Part shown: in pieces, positions 1 through 10,772 of the stretch
Numbering within the stretch: the stretch's first letter is position 1
Layout of the letters: each line of letters opens with the position of its first letter
Assembly (NCBI GenBank): GCA_965261395.1
Contig: OZ253462.1
Span: forward strand, 576,001 to 640,000
DNA: 64,000 nucleotides
Reading direction: 5' to 3'
Origin: Candidatus Latescibacterota bacterium
GTDB lineage: Bacteria; Latescibacterota; UBA2968; UBA8231
Program-made: the position numbers and the translations under genes
The notes under the pieces: model-generated
Told to the model about the DNA's origin: nothing
What the model saw: the letters and a program-made list of their open reading frames with translations, nothing else
The model's database searches: none

Positions 1-522
1 CTGCAACCGCAGCCCCTTCCAAGTCCCGTAACTGCTCACCCGATCATATTCCAAACCCGGGTGCCGGTTGTTGCTGTGACAGATCCGGCTGGGCATCAGT
101 AACCGCCCGCTCGACAGCTGAATCATCGCATCGTGGTACGGCCCGCCCAGCAGCTTCATCGGCCACGCACCCGCCCAGGTCTGGCCGCCGTCTTCAGACA
201 CCGACAGATAAAAGGGATTCCAGTTGAACATCTCTGTCCCCCGTCCCGCCTCCTCCCTGCCCCGGTGCGCCAGCGCCAGCTTGCCCGACTGCAGCTTTAT
301 ACATGACAGGTTGGACGGACTTCCCATCGCCTCGCAGTTCAGCGGCCGCGGCTCGCCCCAGGTCTGTCCGCCGTCGGTCGAGATATGGCAGCGACTCCCC
401 ATAATCATCATCAAGGAGCCATCGTCTAAGACCACCATCCCATTGCCTGAACCGGTACCGATGCCGGTCTGCTCCACCACCCCTTCCGGCGCTGGCTTGC
501 GAAAATCCGGTTTAGCCGCCAT
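1..522 (-). CDS. BNR/Asp-box repeat protein (sialidase-like beta-propeller), 3' end outside the window
   Basis: Not in the ORF track. Hand translation from ATG 522 (GGAGG upstream) gives MAAKPDFRKP... with two Asp-boxes, STDGGQTW and SEDGGQTW; the frame is open to position 1. Confidence 0.8.
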   Translation of the reverse strand, partial: MAAKPDFRKPAPEGVVEQTGIGTGSGNGMVVLDDGSLMMIMGSRCHISTDGGQTWGEPRPLNCEAMGSPSNLSCIKLQSGKLALAHRGREEAGRGTEMFNWNPFYLSVSEDGGQTWAGAWPMKLLGGPYHDAMIQLSSGRLLMPSRICHSNNRHPGLEYDRVSSYGTWKGLRLQ

Positions 523-803
523 CCGTCCGATCCTCCCCCAAAAAAAATCGACCCAAGTAGCAAAATATCTTCCAGGGGAAGAGATAGGGAGTGGCCATGC
601 CGAAGTCAAACGCAATTGGACGGAGCATCTCTCGTTGGAAGAGGGGCGGGCGCATCTCTGCTTGCAGGATCGCCCCACAATCATGTACTTTGACAACGTG
701 AAACATCGTGGGAAACGCACACCTGCCGACGCAAACCGGCAAGAACATTATGTGCAAGGCTGTTTGATAATATCTCCCCGTCAAGTTCATCAGGAGACTT
801 TCC

Positions 804-1586
804 ATGAGAATTCTTATCTTGGGCGATTTGGAGGGCACGGCCGGCATCGTAGATTTCAAAACTCAGACCTACGACGGGGGTCGCGACAACGAACAGGCCA
901 AATATCTGGCCACTCTGGAGATCAACGCCCTCATAGACGGTGCTATAGAAGGAGGCGCCACAGATCCTATCGTGCTGGACGGACACGGCAGTGGTGGAAT
1001 CAATATCGAACATATCCACCGTGAAGCCCGGGTGATATTCGGCCGCCCCAGGGGCTCCGTGTGGGAGATGGGATTGACATTTGAGGCGCAGTTTTTGTAT
1101 GGCCATCACGCGATGGACAACACACCTAATGGTGTGCTGTGTCATAGCTGGAGCTCCCGCAGCATTGCCAACTGCTGGTTGAACGATGAACTGATCGGTG
1201 AAATTGGTTTCAACATGGCTCATGCCGGTGAGGTTGGCGTGCCCACGGTTTTCGTCAGCGGGGATCGGGCTGCTGTGGACGAGGCCCGACGTTACGTTCC
1301 TGCCATCGAAGGCGTTGTCGTGAAAGAGGGGCTCAGCCGCACGGGTGCTCTCACCCTCTCTCCCACTAAAGCTCGGGATTTGATCCGCGAGGGCGCTCGC
1401 AAGGCCATGGGGCGGATCGGGGAAATCGCACCTTATACAATCCCATCCCCGTATATTTTCGTGACCGAATATCAGTCCGCTGCTAGTGCCGAGGCCAAAG
1501 CTGCCCGTGAGGACGTTGAGCGAGTAGACACCCACACCATCAAAATAACCGGCGATACCATCGCTGAAATTGGTGGAAAAAGATGA
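804..1586 (+). CDS. M55 family metallopeptidase (DppA-like D-aminopeptidase)
   Basis: N-terminal DLEG, DGHG, GHHA, LCHSWS and VSGD motifs; AGGAG RBS. Confidence 0.9.
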   Translation: MRILILGDLEGTAGIVDFKTQTYDGGRDNEQAKYLATLEINALIDGAIEGGATDPIVLDGHGSGGINIEHIHREARVIFGRPRGSVWEMGLTFEAQFLYGHHAMDNTPNGVLCHSWSSRSIANCWLNDELIGEIGFNMAHAGEVGVPTVFVSGDRAAVDEARRYVPAIEGVVVKEGLSRTGALTLSPTKARDLIREGARKAMGRIGEIAPYTIPSPYIFVTEYQSAASAEAKAAREDVERVDTHTIKITGDTIAEIGGKR

Positions 1587-1614
1587 CATGGACTAGGCGG
1601 GTTCTCCCGAGGAC

Positions 1615-1680
1615 ATGAAAGCCGTTCTCTTTGATCTGTATGAGACGCTGGTAACTGGATACAATCCAGCGAGGAATTGA
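1615..1680 (+). pseudogene. N-terminal stub of a HAD-family hydrolase
   Basis: MKAVLFDLYETLVTGYNPARN*: HAD motif I, ending at the RBS of the next gene. Confidence 0.6.
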
Positions 1681-1681
1681 T

Positions 1682-3628
1682 TTGGCGGAACGACCGAATT
1701 TTGTCTGGATAAATACACACGATGTGAGTGCGAGGAATCTGGGGTGTTATGGCGATGATTATGCCACAACCCCTCATCTCGATACGCTGGCTGCAGAAGG
1801 CGTTCGCTACGCGAACGCTCTTGCCTGTGGGCCTATTTGTTCACCCGCGCGCACAAGTATTTTTACCGGAATGCATCAAACGACTGTGGGTACGCATCAT
1901 CATCGAAGTTTTGCCAGACGTCCTGATTTTGTGCAAATGTTGCCGCATTATCTGATGGCAGCAGGGTATAACTGTTCGGCGATTAATACTGATTTGAACA
2001 CGGACATTGATCCTGACGAATGGGCAGCGTATCAGAGCAATGATGCGCTTTTGCAACAAGCAGATGAGAAGCCTTTTTTTGCCGTCCATAGCTTCCGTGA
2101 GTCCCATGCCAGTGTATTTAAACTGACTCCAGAGCAAGCGCGAGCAGAGCGATCGAGCTTGTTAAAGGATGAAGAATTGCACGATCCTGACAATGCACCA
2201 CTTCCTGTTTTTATGCCTGATACACCGCTTGCGAGAGAACGCACCGCTCTTTTTTACGATGGCTTGATGCAGGTTGATCGTCACGTGGGCAAGGTGATAG
2301 AAAATTTGGTATCCGCGGGTGTGCTGGACAATACGATTGTTTTCTTTTGGTCTGATCATGGTACCGGTTTTCCGCGGGGCAAGACGCACGTTTATGAAGA
2401 TGGTTTGCGGGTGCCGTTGATTATTCGCTTTCCCGAGCAATATCAACATCTGGCACCAGGACTGCCAGGAACGGTGGTGGATGATCTGGTGATGACGATG
2501 GATATGGGTGCATCTGTTTTGAGCATGATGGATGTGCAAATTCCCAAACATTTTCAAGGACAGGCATTTCTGGGTAAGCAAAAAGAACCGTATCGCGAGT
2601 ATGTCTGTGGGGCGCGGGATCGCCTGGACAATTGCAATGAGATGATTCGCACGATTCGGCGTGAGCAATATCGCTACATTCGCAACTTTTTGCCTCATCG
2701 CCCCTATGCTTCGTTTTGGCCAGATGGCGGTTTCTTTGCGACGCCACCCGAACAAGGAACACCTGAGCATGATTTCTGGGATACGTCCTGTTTGCCCGGA
2801 GAGTTGAAAATGCACGATCCCGATGGGGTGTTTTTGATGCCGATTCCCGCGGCGTATTCTGCATATTTGATCTGGCAGGCAAAGAAGCCATTTGAAGAAC
2901 TGTATGATGTTGAGAATGACCCGGAAGAGATTGCCAATCTGGCTGATGATCCTGAATACAGTGATCTCAAAGATCAGATGCGAACGCAGTTGTTTGAGTG
3001 GATGATTGAGACGCGAGATCTGGGGCTGATCGATGAAACTGAGATGATCGTGCGTGCGACTGAGTATAGCGGTGTGAATTATGAAGTGGGCGCACATTGC
3101 GAAAACTATGCGCATATCCTGGAGACCGCAGATTTTCCTCGATTAGGTGAAGCTGGCAGAGCTGGATTAATTGACCGACTTGATGATCCCGATAGTGCTG
3201 TGCGTTATTGGGCGATTACGGGATTGACGTCGTATGAGGTGGAGGATACAGTTCTGCAAAAGATCGGTCCACTTGTTCAGGATGAATCGATCAGTGTGAG
3301 TCTTGCGGCGGCTGACTTGCTTTGCCAAAACGACCATACAGAAGGCGCGATGCCTGCATTGGAACGTGCGTTGCAAAGTGATCTGCTCTGGGCACGGTTT
3401 CGAGCGGGTGCAAATTTGTCTTTTTATAACCGAGAGCTCCTGGCGCAGATGAAGGCGTTGATCCCCGCTTTGCAAGCTGCGCTGGATAACCCGATTTGTT
3501 ATGGCCCTTTTGAATCCGATTGGGATGCGTTGATTCCGCCTGTTCAGACCATGTATCGCGCGCAAAAAAATACGATCGTTGGTGAGTGGGTTTTGCAACG
3601 CGTGATAAAGCGTATTGAACTGGCGTGA
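1682..3628 (+). CDS. Sulfatase (FGly type) with C-terminal HEAT-like repeats
   Basis: CSPARTSIFTG signature, SDHG, ELYDVENDPEE; DPDSAVRYWA HEAT-like tail. Confidence 0.9.
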   Translation: MAERPNFVWINTHDVSARNLGCYGDDYATTPHLDTLAAEGVRYANALACGPICSPARTSIFTGMHQTTVGTHHHRSFARRPDFVQMLPHYLMAAGYNCSAINTDLNTDIDPDEWAAYQSNDALLQQADEKPFFAVHSFRESHASVFKLTPEQARAERSSLLKDEELHDPDNAPLPVFMPDTPLARERTALFYDGLMQVDRHVGKVIENLVSAGVLDNTIVFFWSDHGTGFPRGKTHVYEDGLRVPLIIRFPEQYQHLAPGLPGTVVDDLVMTMDMGASVLSMMDVQIPKHFQGQAFLGKQKEPYREYVCGARDRLDNCNEMIRTIRREQYRYIRNFLPHRPYASFWPDGGFFATPPEQGTPEHDFWDTSCLPGELKMHDPDGVFLMPIPAAYSAYLIWQAKKPFEELYDVENDPEEIANLADDPEYSDLKDQMRTQLFEWMIETRDLGLIDETEMIVRATEYSGVNYEVGAHCENYAHILETADFPRLGEAGRAGLIDRLDDPDSAVRYWAITGLTSYEVEDTVLQKIGPLVQDESISVSLAAADLLCQNDHTEGAMPALERALQSDLLWARFRAGANLSFYNRELLAQMKALIPALQAALDNPICYGPFESDWDALIPPVQTMYRAQKNTIVGEWVLQRVIKRIELA

Positions 3629-3644
3629 TCAGAGGAAGGAGCTC

Positions 3645-4712
3645 ATGAGTCCGACGAAAGTCGCCGTGATCGGGTGCGGCCAGATCGCAACCACACAACA
3701 TCTGCCGGCCTACCGGGAGGCAGCAGATGCCGGGGTCTGCTCGCTCGTGGGCGTATGCGATCTGGAGCCCGAACGGGTGTCGCGGGCCGGAAAGCAGTTT
3801 GCAGTCGCCGGATTTCAGGACGCGGAAGAGATGCTCGAAAAGACCAGGCCCGATGTCGTGAGCATCGCCACGCTGCCCGCGAGTCATCGAAACCTCGCGG
3901 TGATGTGCCTGGAGGCGGGATGTCACGTCCTGTGCGAGAAGCCCGTGGCGATGGATGCGGGCGAGGCCCGGGACATGGTCCACGCCGCCGAAACGAACAA
4001 TCGACTGCTGAGCATCTGCTTCGAATACCGAACCTGGGACGAGTCCCGGTACCTGAGAGACCGAATCGCAGACGGCGTCCTCGGTCGCGTACACGCCGTT
4101 CGAACGTGGGGAGGGTGTGCCTACGGACTGCCGGAGAGAGCGCACCGGTCGCGTGGATCGAACGGCGGCGGCGTTCTCGCACACTGGACGATCCACAACC
4201 TCGACCTCGTGCTCTGGCTGCTTGGCAACCCCGACCCGCTGACCGCCAGCGCATTCTGCCATCAGCGGGCCTCCGCTTACCCGGCGGCGGCCGGACCCAT
4301 GCGAGACGACATCGATCCGGCGTCGCTCGATCCGGATTTCGAGGACTTCGGTGCCGGCTTCATTCGGCTGTCCGGCAACACCATCCTGACTGTGGAAGCG
4401 AATTTTCTTCAGGCACCCTCTGATAGACGCGAAGGCTGGGCCTTTCTCGGAGACCGGGGTGCCGCGTCCATCTCACCACTCAGAATCTGGACCGACGACG
4501 GACGATCGTGGCGTGAGGAGACCCCCGCCAGGGGCACGTTGAAGCCTTGCGACTACGATATGAGGCGGCTGATCAACGATTTCCTGCGTGCCGTCCGTCA
4601 GGGTGAGGTGTCTCCCGTTTCGGGCAGGGAGATCGTGCGAATTCAGCGGCTCATGGACGCGCTCTATGCCTCGGCGTCGTCCGGGCAAGAGGTCGCTGTG
4701 GCAGGAGCCTGA
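3645..4712 (+). CDS. Gfo/Idh/MocA oxidoreductase
   Basis: VAVIGCGQIA, CEKP, GGGVL; AAGGAG RBS before ATG 3645. Confidence 0.9.
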   Translation: MSPTKVAVIGCGQIATTQHLPAYREAADAGVCSLVGVCDLEPERVSRAGKQFAVAGFQDAEEMLEKTRPDVVSIATLPASHRNLAVMCLEAGCHVLCEKPVAMDAGEARDMVHAAETNNRLLSICFEYRTWDESRYLRDRIADGVLGRVHAVRTWGGCAYGLPERAHRSRGSNGGGVLAHWTIHNLDLVLWLLGNPDPLTASAFCHQRASAYPAAAGPMRDDIDPASLDPDFEDFGAGFIRLSGNTILTVEANFLQAPSDRREGWAFLGDRGAASISPLRIWTDDGRSWREETPARGTLKPCDYDMRRLINDFLRAVRQGEVSPVSGREIVRIQRLMDALYASASSGQEVAVAGA

Positions 4713-4733
4713 GACATCGGGACAACACACACT

Positions 4734-5342
4734 ATGGGACTTGTCTACATTGAGTACATCAGCCGTCTGCCGGGCATCGATCTGGAGACGTTTCGCGCGC
4801 AGGCCGCACGGGGCCAGGAGGGATGGGAGAGCGGGTATGAGGACGAGTTGGTTCTGTCCGTCGGTCGCACGTGGCGATTGGGGCCCGACCCGGGCTACAT
4901 GACGGTCTGGCACACGCGGAACGCCGGCCTTGACAGGATCGACGCGTGGGACCGGATCTTTCGCAGCGGCGAGGCGGACGACCTAGAACAGCCGTTCTTT
5001 CAGGTCGCGCGGATCGACGTGGCCGGCTGCTACGATCCGCTGCTCGAACCAGTCCCGGCCCGCAACGGTACCTACTACGCCGAGTTTTTCGGTGTCCACG
5101 ACACCGCGGATACCGTCAGGAGCTTCTACAAGAGCCGTGCAAAACAGCATCCTGAGTTCACCCTCAATCTCCTCGTCCAGAGAATCGGGAAGCTGGCTCC
5201 CGAACCCGGCGGTCTGGCCGTCTGGACCATCCCCGACTTCGCAGCGCTGGATTCCGTGGCAACCGAACTGGACGGAGTCAACGCCCCGATTAGGCTTTCC
5301 GCCGCAGGGACCTATGCCGACTTCGGCAGGGAGATCCTGTGA
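4734..5342 (+). CDS. Hypothetical protein with an internal duplication (possibly NIPSNAP/dimeric alpha-beta barrel-like)
   Basis: Two similar halves: LVLSVGRTWRLGPDPGYMTVW and LNLLVQRIGKLAPEPGGLAVW. Confidence 0.65.
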   Translation: MGLVYIEYISRLPGIDLETFRAQAARGQEGWESGYEDELVLSVGRTWRLGPDPGYMTVWHTRNAGLDRIDAWDRIFRSGEADDLEQPFFQVARIDVAGCYDPLLEPVPARNGTYYAEFFGVHDTADTVRSFYKSRAKQHPEFTLNLLVQRIGKLAPEPGGLAVWTIPDFAALDSVATELDGVNAPIRLSAAGTYADFGREIL

Positions 5343-5374
5343 GGGGCGGCCAGGAAGGCTCTAGGAGATCAAAA

Positions 5375-6340
5375 ATGGTAGATCTGCAAGTTCGGCGCTT
5401 GGGGCGTACAGAGATGAAACCGAAGGCATTTGGATTGGGTGGCGGATATCTGGGCTTTCCCGAACTGACGTCGGAGGAGGAAGCCACGGCGATGATTCGG
5501 GAGGCCCTTGAGCGGGGCATCGATTTTATTGATACGGCTCCGCCATACGGCGATGGCGAGAGCGAGCGCCGCATCGGTTTGGCCTTGGCGGGTGGATGGC
5601 GAGAAAAAGTGTATCTCCAAACCAAGGTGGGTTCTCATCCGCGCTTTTTTCACGATTTTTCAAAAGAAGCGACATCGTGGAGTTTGGAAAACAGCTTCAA
5701 ACAGCTTCAGACGGACTATGTGGATTCCGTGTTGATTCACGGCCCGCGCTACGACATGGAACCCCTGTTGGCGCCGGAGGCTTGTTTGGATGTGTTGCTC
5801 GATTGGAAAGCGCAGGGACGCATCGGGCACCTTGGCATCGCTGTGCGACAGCATGAACTTCATTAGCGGGCGATTGAAACAGGCGCAATAGACATTGTGT
5901 TGTCATTTTTGGATTACACCTTGCTGGACCAGTCCCTCGCCAAAACGACCATTCCTCTGGCGCTGGAACGCGATATAGGAATCATTCTGGGCAGAGTATT
6001 GGTCGGCTCACTGCTGGCCGGTCCAGAACCCCAGCGCGTGCAAGAAGAGCTGTCCCTAGATCAAGACGGGAATCTCATACCGGCGGCCATCGGTGGGCCG
6101 GACGACCCCGCCGTGGTGCCGCGCGCACACCACATGTGGCGATGGTGCCAAGAACGGGGGTTGAACATCCGAGACCTGGCCATGCAGTTCGCGCTCAATG
6201 CGCCGGTTGAAGGCAATGGCATAGTCCTCGTCGGACCCGCCAACCGCAGGGAACTCGGCGAGGTATATGCCAGCGCCACGACAGAGGTACCCGAAACGGT
6301 GTGGCAGGACTTTGAGGCTGCGTTTGGGATAAGGATTTGA
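5375..6340 (+). pseudogene. Aldo/keto reductase interrupted by an in-frame TAG (5864-5866)
   Basis: FIDTAPPYGDGESERRIG motif; the same frame continues after TAG (RAIETGAIDIVLSFLDY...) to 6340. Confidence 0.8.
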
Positions 6341-6406
6341 GGGTTCAATACCCTAGAGGCGCTATGCGGGGTTATAGAAACAAGAAATCGTAGAGGAGCA
6401 AAAGAT

Positions 6407-7186
6407 ATGAGACTGGAAGGCAGAGTGGCGCTGGTGGCGGGTGGTGCCGGTTCGATGGGCAGCGCGGTGGCGCAACTCTTCGCCGCAGAAGGTGCGGCCA
6501 TCTGTGTGGCCGATATGGATAAAGAGCGCGCCGACAAGGTGGCGGGTGAGATCGTCGGGCGCGGCGGGCGAGCGATCGCCACCGCATTGGACGTCTGCCA
6601 AGCCGGGCAGTGGGAGCAGGCGGTAGTGGCGGCAGAAGAGGCCTTCGGCCACCTCGATTTGATGGCCAATCTCTCGGGCAGCAACTACCGCGTCAGCTTT
6701 GACGAGCAGACCGAAGAGATGTGGCGGAATATCATCGACGTCAACCTAACCGCTTGTTTTATCGGTATCAAGGCGGTAGTGCCAGCCATGCGCCGAGCGG
6801 GGCGCGGGGTGATGTTGCACGTGGGGTCGCTGGGCTCGATTCGCCAGGGAGCGGGCAGCCCAGCTTATGGCGTCAGCAAGATCGGGTTGGTGGCCTTGAC
6901 GCGCAGCGCCGCCGCCTCGTATGCCCAAGACAATATCCGCTGCGTGCTGGTGTCGCCAGGCCACGTGGATACGAATTTTATTCGCAGCGATTCGGCACAC
7001 AGTCCCAATAGCTGGGAGACCAGTATCGAAAATCCCGCCAACTACGAGCGCCGCAGAGCGTCGACGCCGCTGGGGCGGCTGTGTTTGCCCGAGGATATTG
7101 CCAAGACCTTTCTTTTCGCCGCTTCGGATGAGGCGGCGATGATTACGGGGTCAATGATCACCGTGGATGGCGGCGCGGGAATTTGA
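6407..7186 (+). CDS. Short-chain dehydrogenase/reductase
   Basis: AGGAGSMG Rossmann motif, YGVSK catalytic motif, ITVDGG. Confidence 0.9.
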   Translation: MRLEGRVALVAGGAGSMGSAVAQLFAAEGAAICVADMDKERADKVAGEIVGRGGRAIATALDVCQAGQWEQAVVAAEEAFGHLDLMANLSGSNYRVSFDEQTEEMWRNIIDVNLTACFIGIKAVVPAMRRAGRGVMLHVGSLGSIRQGAGSPAYGVSKIGLVALTRSAAASYAQDNIRCVLVSPGHVDTNFIRSDSAHSPNSWETSIENPANYERRRASTPLGRLCLPEDIAKTFLFAASDEAAMITGSMITVDGGAGI

Positions 7187-7313
7187 GCGTATGGCGCGCT
7201 TGGCATTGCGCCATCAGATCGCGAACACCACCGATCATTGCTGAAGCCCAAACTGCTCTCTTGGCTAACGAGAGAACTTATTGATGTACTTTTTTTATTG
7301 GAATAACTGATTT

Positions 7314-8363
7314 ATGGTAACAGCTAAAAAAAAGATTCTCGTCGTTGGCACGGGTACAATAGGTGAATGTCATACGCGTTGTATACTTGCAACAAATCGC
7401 GCAGAAGTTTCAGTTTGTGAAACCAACGACAATCTGCGTAAAAAGATAGCAGATAATTATAAAATCAAAAATAGCTATGCCGATTTTACATTGGCCCTCG
7501 AAGCAGGACATGACGCTATTGTGATCGCAACGCCTGCGCACCTACATATTCCCATGGCGCAACAAGCAGCAGAGTCTGGTCTACATCTATTGATCGAAAA
7601 ACCATTATCTATAAGTCTAGATGGGATTGATCATCTCGATAGAACTATCAGGGAGCGGAAGCTCGTTGCTGGAGTCGCTTATGTCTTACGCCAAATCCCT
7701 GTACTTTCAGCAATGAAGGAAGCCCTCGACAGTGAACGCTTTGGACGACCCTTGCATATTACTGTTACCAGGGGCCAACACTTCCCCACCTACCGACCCA
7801 ATTACAGAGAAATTTATTACGCCAGTCATGCCATGGGAGGAGGCGCTATTCAGGATGGGCTAACACATCTTATCAATGCCGTAAGTTGGCTCGCTGGACC
7901 AGTCGAACGCCTAGTTGCCGACTGCGCGCATCAAGTTTTGGAAGGAGTTGAAGTAGAAGACACAGTCAACGTCTTAACCCGTCATGGCGACGCGCTCGCC
8001 TCCTTTAGCATGAATCAATATCAAGCCCCTGATGAAGGAGTGATCACCGTGGTCTGTGAACGCGGCACGTTGCGATCTGAAATTCATTGTAATCGCCTGC
8101 GCTGGATGATGGAACCTGGAACTGAGTGGCAGGAAGAGTCTTGGCCAGATTTTGCGCGCGAACATGCGTTTATATCCCAAGCGAACCTTTTTTTTGACGC
8201 CATCGACGGCAAGAGTGAAATGTCCTGTAACCTATCCGAAGCGCGTCATACCCTCGAGTGTAATCTTGCTATCCTAGAGGCATCTCGCAATCCTTCCAAT
8301 TGGAAAATATTATGCCCCCCAGACAAGAGGGCCAAAAGACACTCCACCGCTTATCAGGAATAG
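7314..8363 (+). CDS. Gfo/Idh/MocA oxidoreductase
   Basis: VVGTGTIG, IEKP, GGGAIQD..H. Confidence 0.9.
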   Translation: MVTAKKKILVVGTGTIGECHTRCILATNRAEVSVCETNDNLRKKIADNYKIKNSYADFTLALEAGHDAIVIATPAHLHIPMAQQAAESGLHLLIEKPLSISLDGIDHLDRTIRERKLVAGVAYVLRQIPVLSAMKEALDSERFGRPLHITVTRGQHFPTYRPNYREIYYASHAMGGGAIQDGLTHLINAVSWLAGPVERLVADCAHQVLEGVEVEDTVNVLTRHGDALASFSMNQYQAPDEGVITVVCERGTLRSEIHCNRLRWMMEPGTEWQEESWPDFAREHAFISQANLFFDAIDGKSEMSCNLSEARHTLECNLAILEASRNPSNWKILCPPDKRAKRHSTAYQE

Positions 8364-8368
8364 AATAT

Positions 8369-9525
8369 ATGAAACCCCCTAGGATAACAAAGATTGAAAT
8401 AAAAAGGATTCAGTGGGAAATCAAAGACTGTGGACCTGGTACATATTCTTCATGGATGACCTATAACCCAGGTGTGAATCTGCCAATGGGTAAACTCATG
8501 ACCAGTATCTATACTGACCAAGGCGTCGTAGGATCCTATCCGATTAGCCATGATATTTCTCGTATTGCTAACTCTTTAATTAGGAAGTAATCCCCTTGCA
8601 AGGGAAGATATATGGCACAATTTTAATCAGTTTCACTTAGGTGGTTTACATGCATCTGTAGACATAATATTATGGGATATTCTAGGAAAAATGACTGATC
8701 TCTCCATATCTGATTTATTGGGAGGACATAGAAAAAAATTACCCGCTTATGCCAGTACTTATGAACGGAGGAGAAGAAGGATTAAAAGGAGGCTTATCCA
8801 CGCCAGAATCTTACGCTGACTTTGCTGAACAATGCTTAGAAATTGGTTATAAGGGTTTTAAGATCCATCCATTTCCTAGACCTAAAATTCAAGACCATAT
8901 TGACTTGATTCACGCTGTGGCCAATAGAGTGGGAGGAAAAATGGATCTAATGCTAGATTCATTTAACTATTATTCAACATTTGCGGATGCTTTAAAAGTT
9001 GGAAGAGCCTGCGATGAAGCAGGTTTTTATTGGATAGAAGATCCTTATTTTGTTGGCGGAGGTACTACTGAGAACGGGCACCAGAGATTAAAAGAGTTTC
9101 TAGCTACGCCACTTCTTCAAGGAGAAAAAGTTGCAGGAATCCCTGGAAAAATGAATATGCTGTTATCCGGATCAACAGATTTTGTCAGGGGTAATGTAAG
9201 TGGAGATGGAATCACAGGGACAAAGAAACTTGCGTCAGCTGCTGAAACAATAGGGGCAGATATTGAAATTCATGGCGTGGGCCCGGCTCAAAGACATGTG
9301 ATGTCTGCTATAGGCAACTCCAATTATTATGAAATGGTTTGGGTTCATCCTGATGTAGAATGTTTACAACTGACGTCTGAAATTTTTCTTGATGGATATC
9401 GGGATGGTCTTGAAGAAGTAGATTCAGATGGTATGGTAGATGTACCAGAGGGACCAGGGATGGGTGTTGAGTGGAATTGGGATGTTATAAATAAAATGAC
9501 GACAGAGACAAAAATTATCGACTAA
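8369..9525 (+). pseudogene. Mandelate racemase/enolase-superfamily gene with two +1 frameshifts
   Basis: Three frames join if one T is removed near 8580 and one near 8760. The middle segment encodes VDIILWDILGK...LLGGHRKKLPAYAST, followed by KGFKIH, LMLD, WIEDP and P.GPGMG. Confidence 0.8.
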
Positions 9526-9634
9526 AAAGCTCAAATATAGAGGACAAGAGGGAGACAATCCACAGCGAGTCCGCGCCAAAAACAACCACACCGTTTGCCC
9601 CGACCCCCTAAAAGCCCCTTATAACTCCTATACA

Positions 9635-10690
9635 TCAATTCCACGCCGTGCGCAGCAAGCGGACCCAGTTGCCGTGCATGATGTCGGCAACGTCGGTCTG
9701 CGAGTAACCGCGGCGTTCGAGGATGGCGGGAATCTTCCGCAGGTCGGCGATGGTGTCGAGGTCGGAGGGGCACTGCTCCTTGCCGTAGCCGCCGTCCAGG
9801 TCGGTGCCCAGGGCGGCGTGGCGGGAGCTCCCGGTCAACTGGCAGACATGGTCGATGTGGTCCACCACAGTCTCCAGAGTGATGCCCGTGTTGTCCCTGG
9901 CGGCCGGGTCCCACAAGGGGGAGACCATCCAGATGTCCATGGCTGCGCCAATGACGCCTCCGCGCTGAGCCAGAGCTTTGATCTGTTGATCGTCGAGCTG
10001 GCGGTCGTGGTCGCACAGGGCCCGGCAGCAGTTGTGAGTGGCCAGCACGGGACCGGTGAAAATCTCCAGTGCTTCCCAGAATGCCTGCTCGGCCAAGTGG
10101 CTCACATCGAGGATTGCCCCGGCCGCCTCCAAGGCTTCGAGCATGGGACGGCCTCTGGCCGTCAGGCCGCCGGGAGCCTGAGTTCCGTGGGCGTAGGAGC
10201 TGACCCCGTAGTGACACAGACTCACGATCCGCAGGCCTTCATCCCACCACTCCGCCACCTGTTCGGGTGCCACAATGCCGTCCGCCCCTTCCATGCTGAG
10301 GACAAACCCCAGCGGGGTCGCCTGAGGATCGTCGTCCCACTCGGCCAGATGGGCGTCGAGTTCGGCCCGATCGCGTATCTGGCGCAAGACTCCCTTGGCC
10401 TCCATCAGGCGGTAGTAGGCTAGCTCGCCCTTGCACTTGGCGTAGGCAATGTCCTGAGTGCGCACCCCGGAGAAGCGCTTGCCCTGCGAAGCAAGTCGGC
10501 AGTGCACCGTGACGAAGAAGAGGCCGATCCCGCCGCGCCGCAGTTCGGCGAAATTCACCACGTTCAGGCCGCGGCCCTTCTGCCCCATTCCGGCTTCGGC
10601 CTCGCGTATTTTGGCGATGGGCTGGAGCAAGTCCCGGTCCCATCCGAGAGCGTTGTAGGCGATATCTAGGTGGGCATCGACGATCAGCAT
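9635..10690 (-). CDS. Membrane dipeptidase (peptidase M19)
   Basis: DAHLD, SMEGAD, DVSH, THN, GTDLDG motifs. Confidence 0.9.
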   Translation of the reverse strand: MLIVDAHLDIAYNALGWDRDLLQPIAKIREAEAGMGQKGRGLNVVNFAELRRGGIGLFFVTVHCRLASQGKRFSGVRTQDIAYAKCKGELAYYRLMEAKGVLRQIRDRAELDAHLAEWDDDPQATPLGFVLSMEGADGIVAPEQVAEWWDEGLRIVSLCHYGVSSYAHGTQAPGGLTARGRPMLEALEAAGAILDVSHLAEQAFWEALEIFTGPVLATHNCCRALCDHDRQLDDQQIKALAQRGGVIGAAMDIWMVSPLWDPAARDNTGITLETVVDHIDHVCQLTGSSRHAALGTDLDGGYGKEQCPSDLDTIADLRKIPAILERRGYSQTDVADIMHGNWVRLLRTAWN

Positions 10691-10703
10691 GGAGGTTCTC
10701 CCA

Positions 10704-10772
10704 TCAATATTTGAAATTGCGTTCTATGTCCCGGTTGACGGGAAACTGGCAAGTGGCAATTTTCAACTTCAC
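10704..10772 (-). pseudogene. N-terminal stub of a carbon-nitrogen hydrolase
   Basis: GAGGAG RBS + GTG; (M)KLKIATCQFPVNRDIERNFKY* resembles a nitrilase-family N-terminus. Confidence 0.6.

Noticed and set aside
224-1024. 266-aa plus-strand ORF
   Set aside because: It overlaps the BNR gene (antisense) and the M55 gene (out of frame) and has no motif; 570-790 may be a remnant but I cannot identify it.
5864-5866. Pyrrolysine or genetic-code reassignment of TAG
   Set aside because: TAG ends many intact genes here (e.g. rseP, ino1, the channel), and no pyl genes are in the window.
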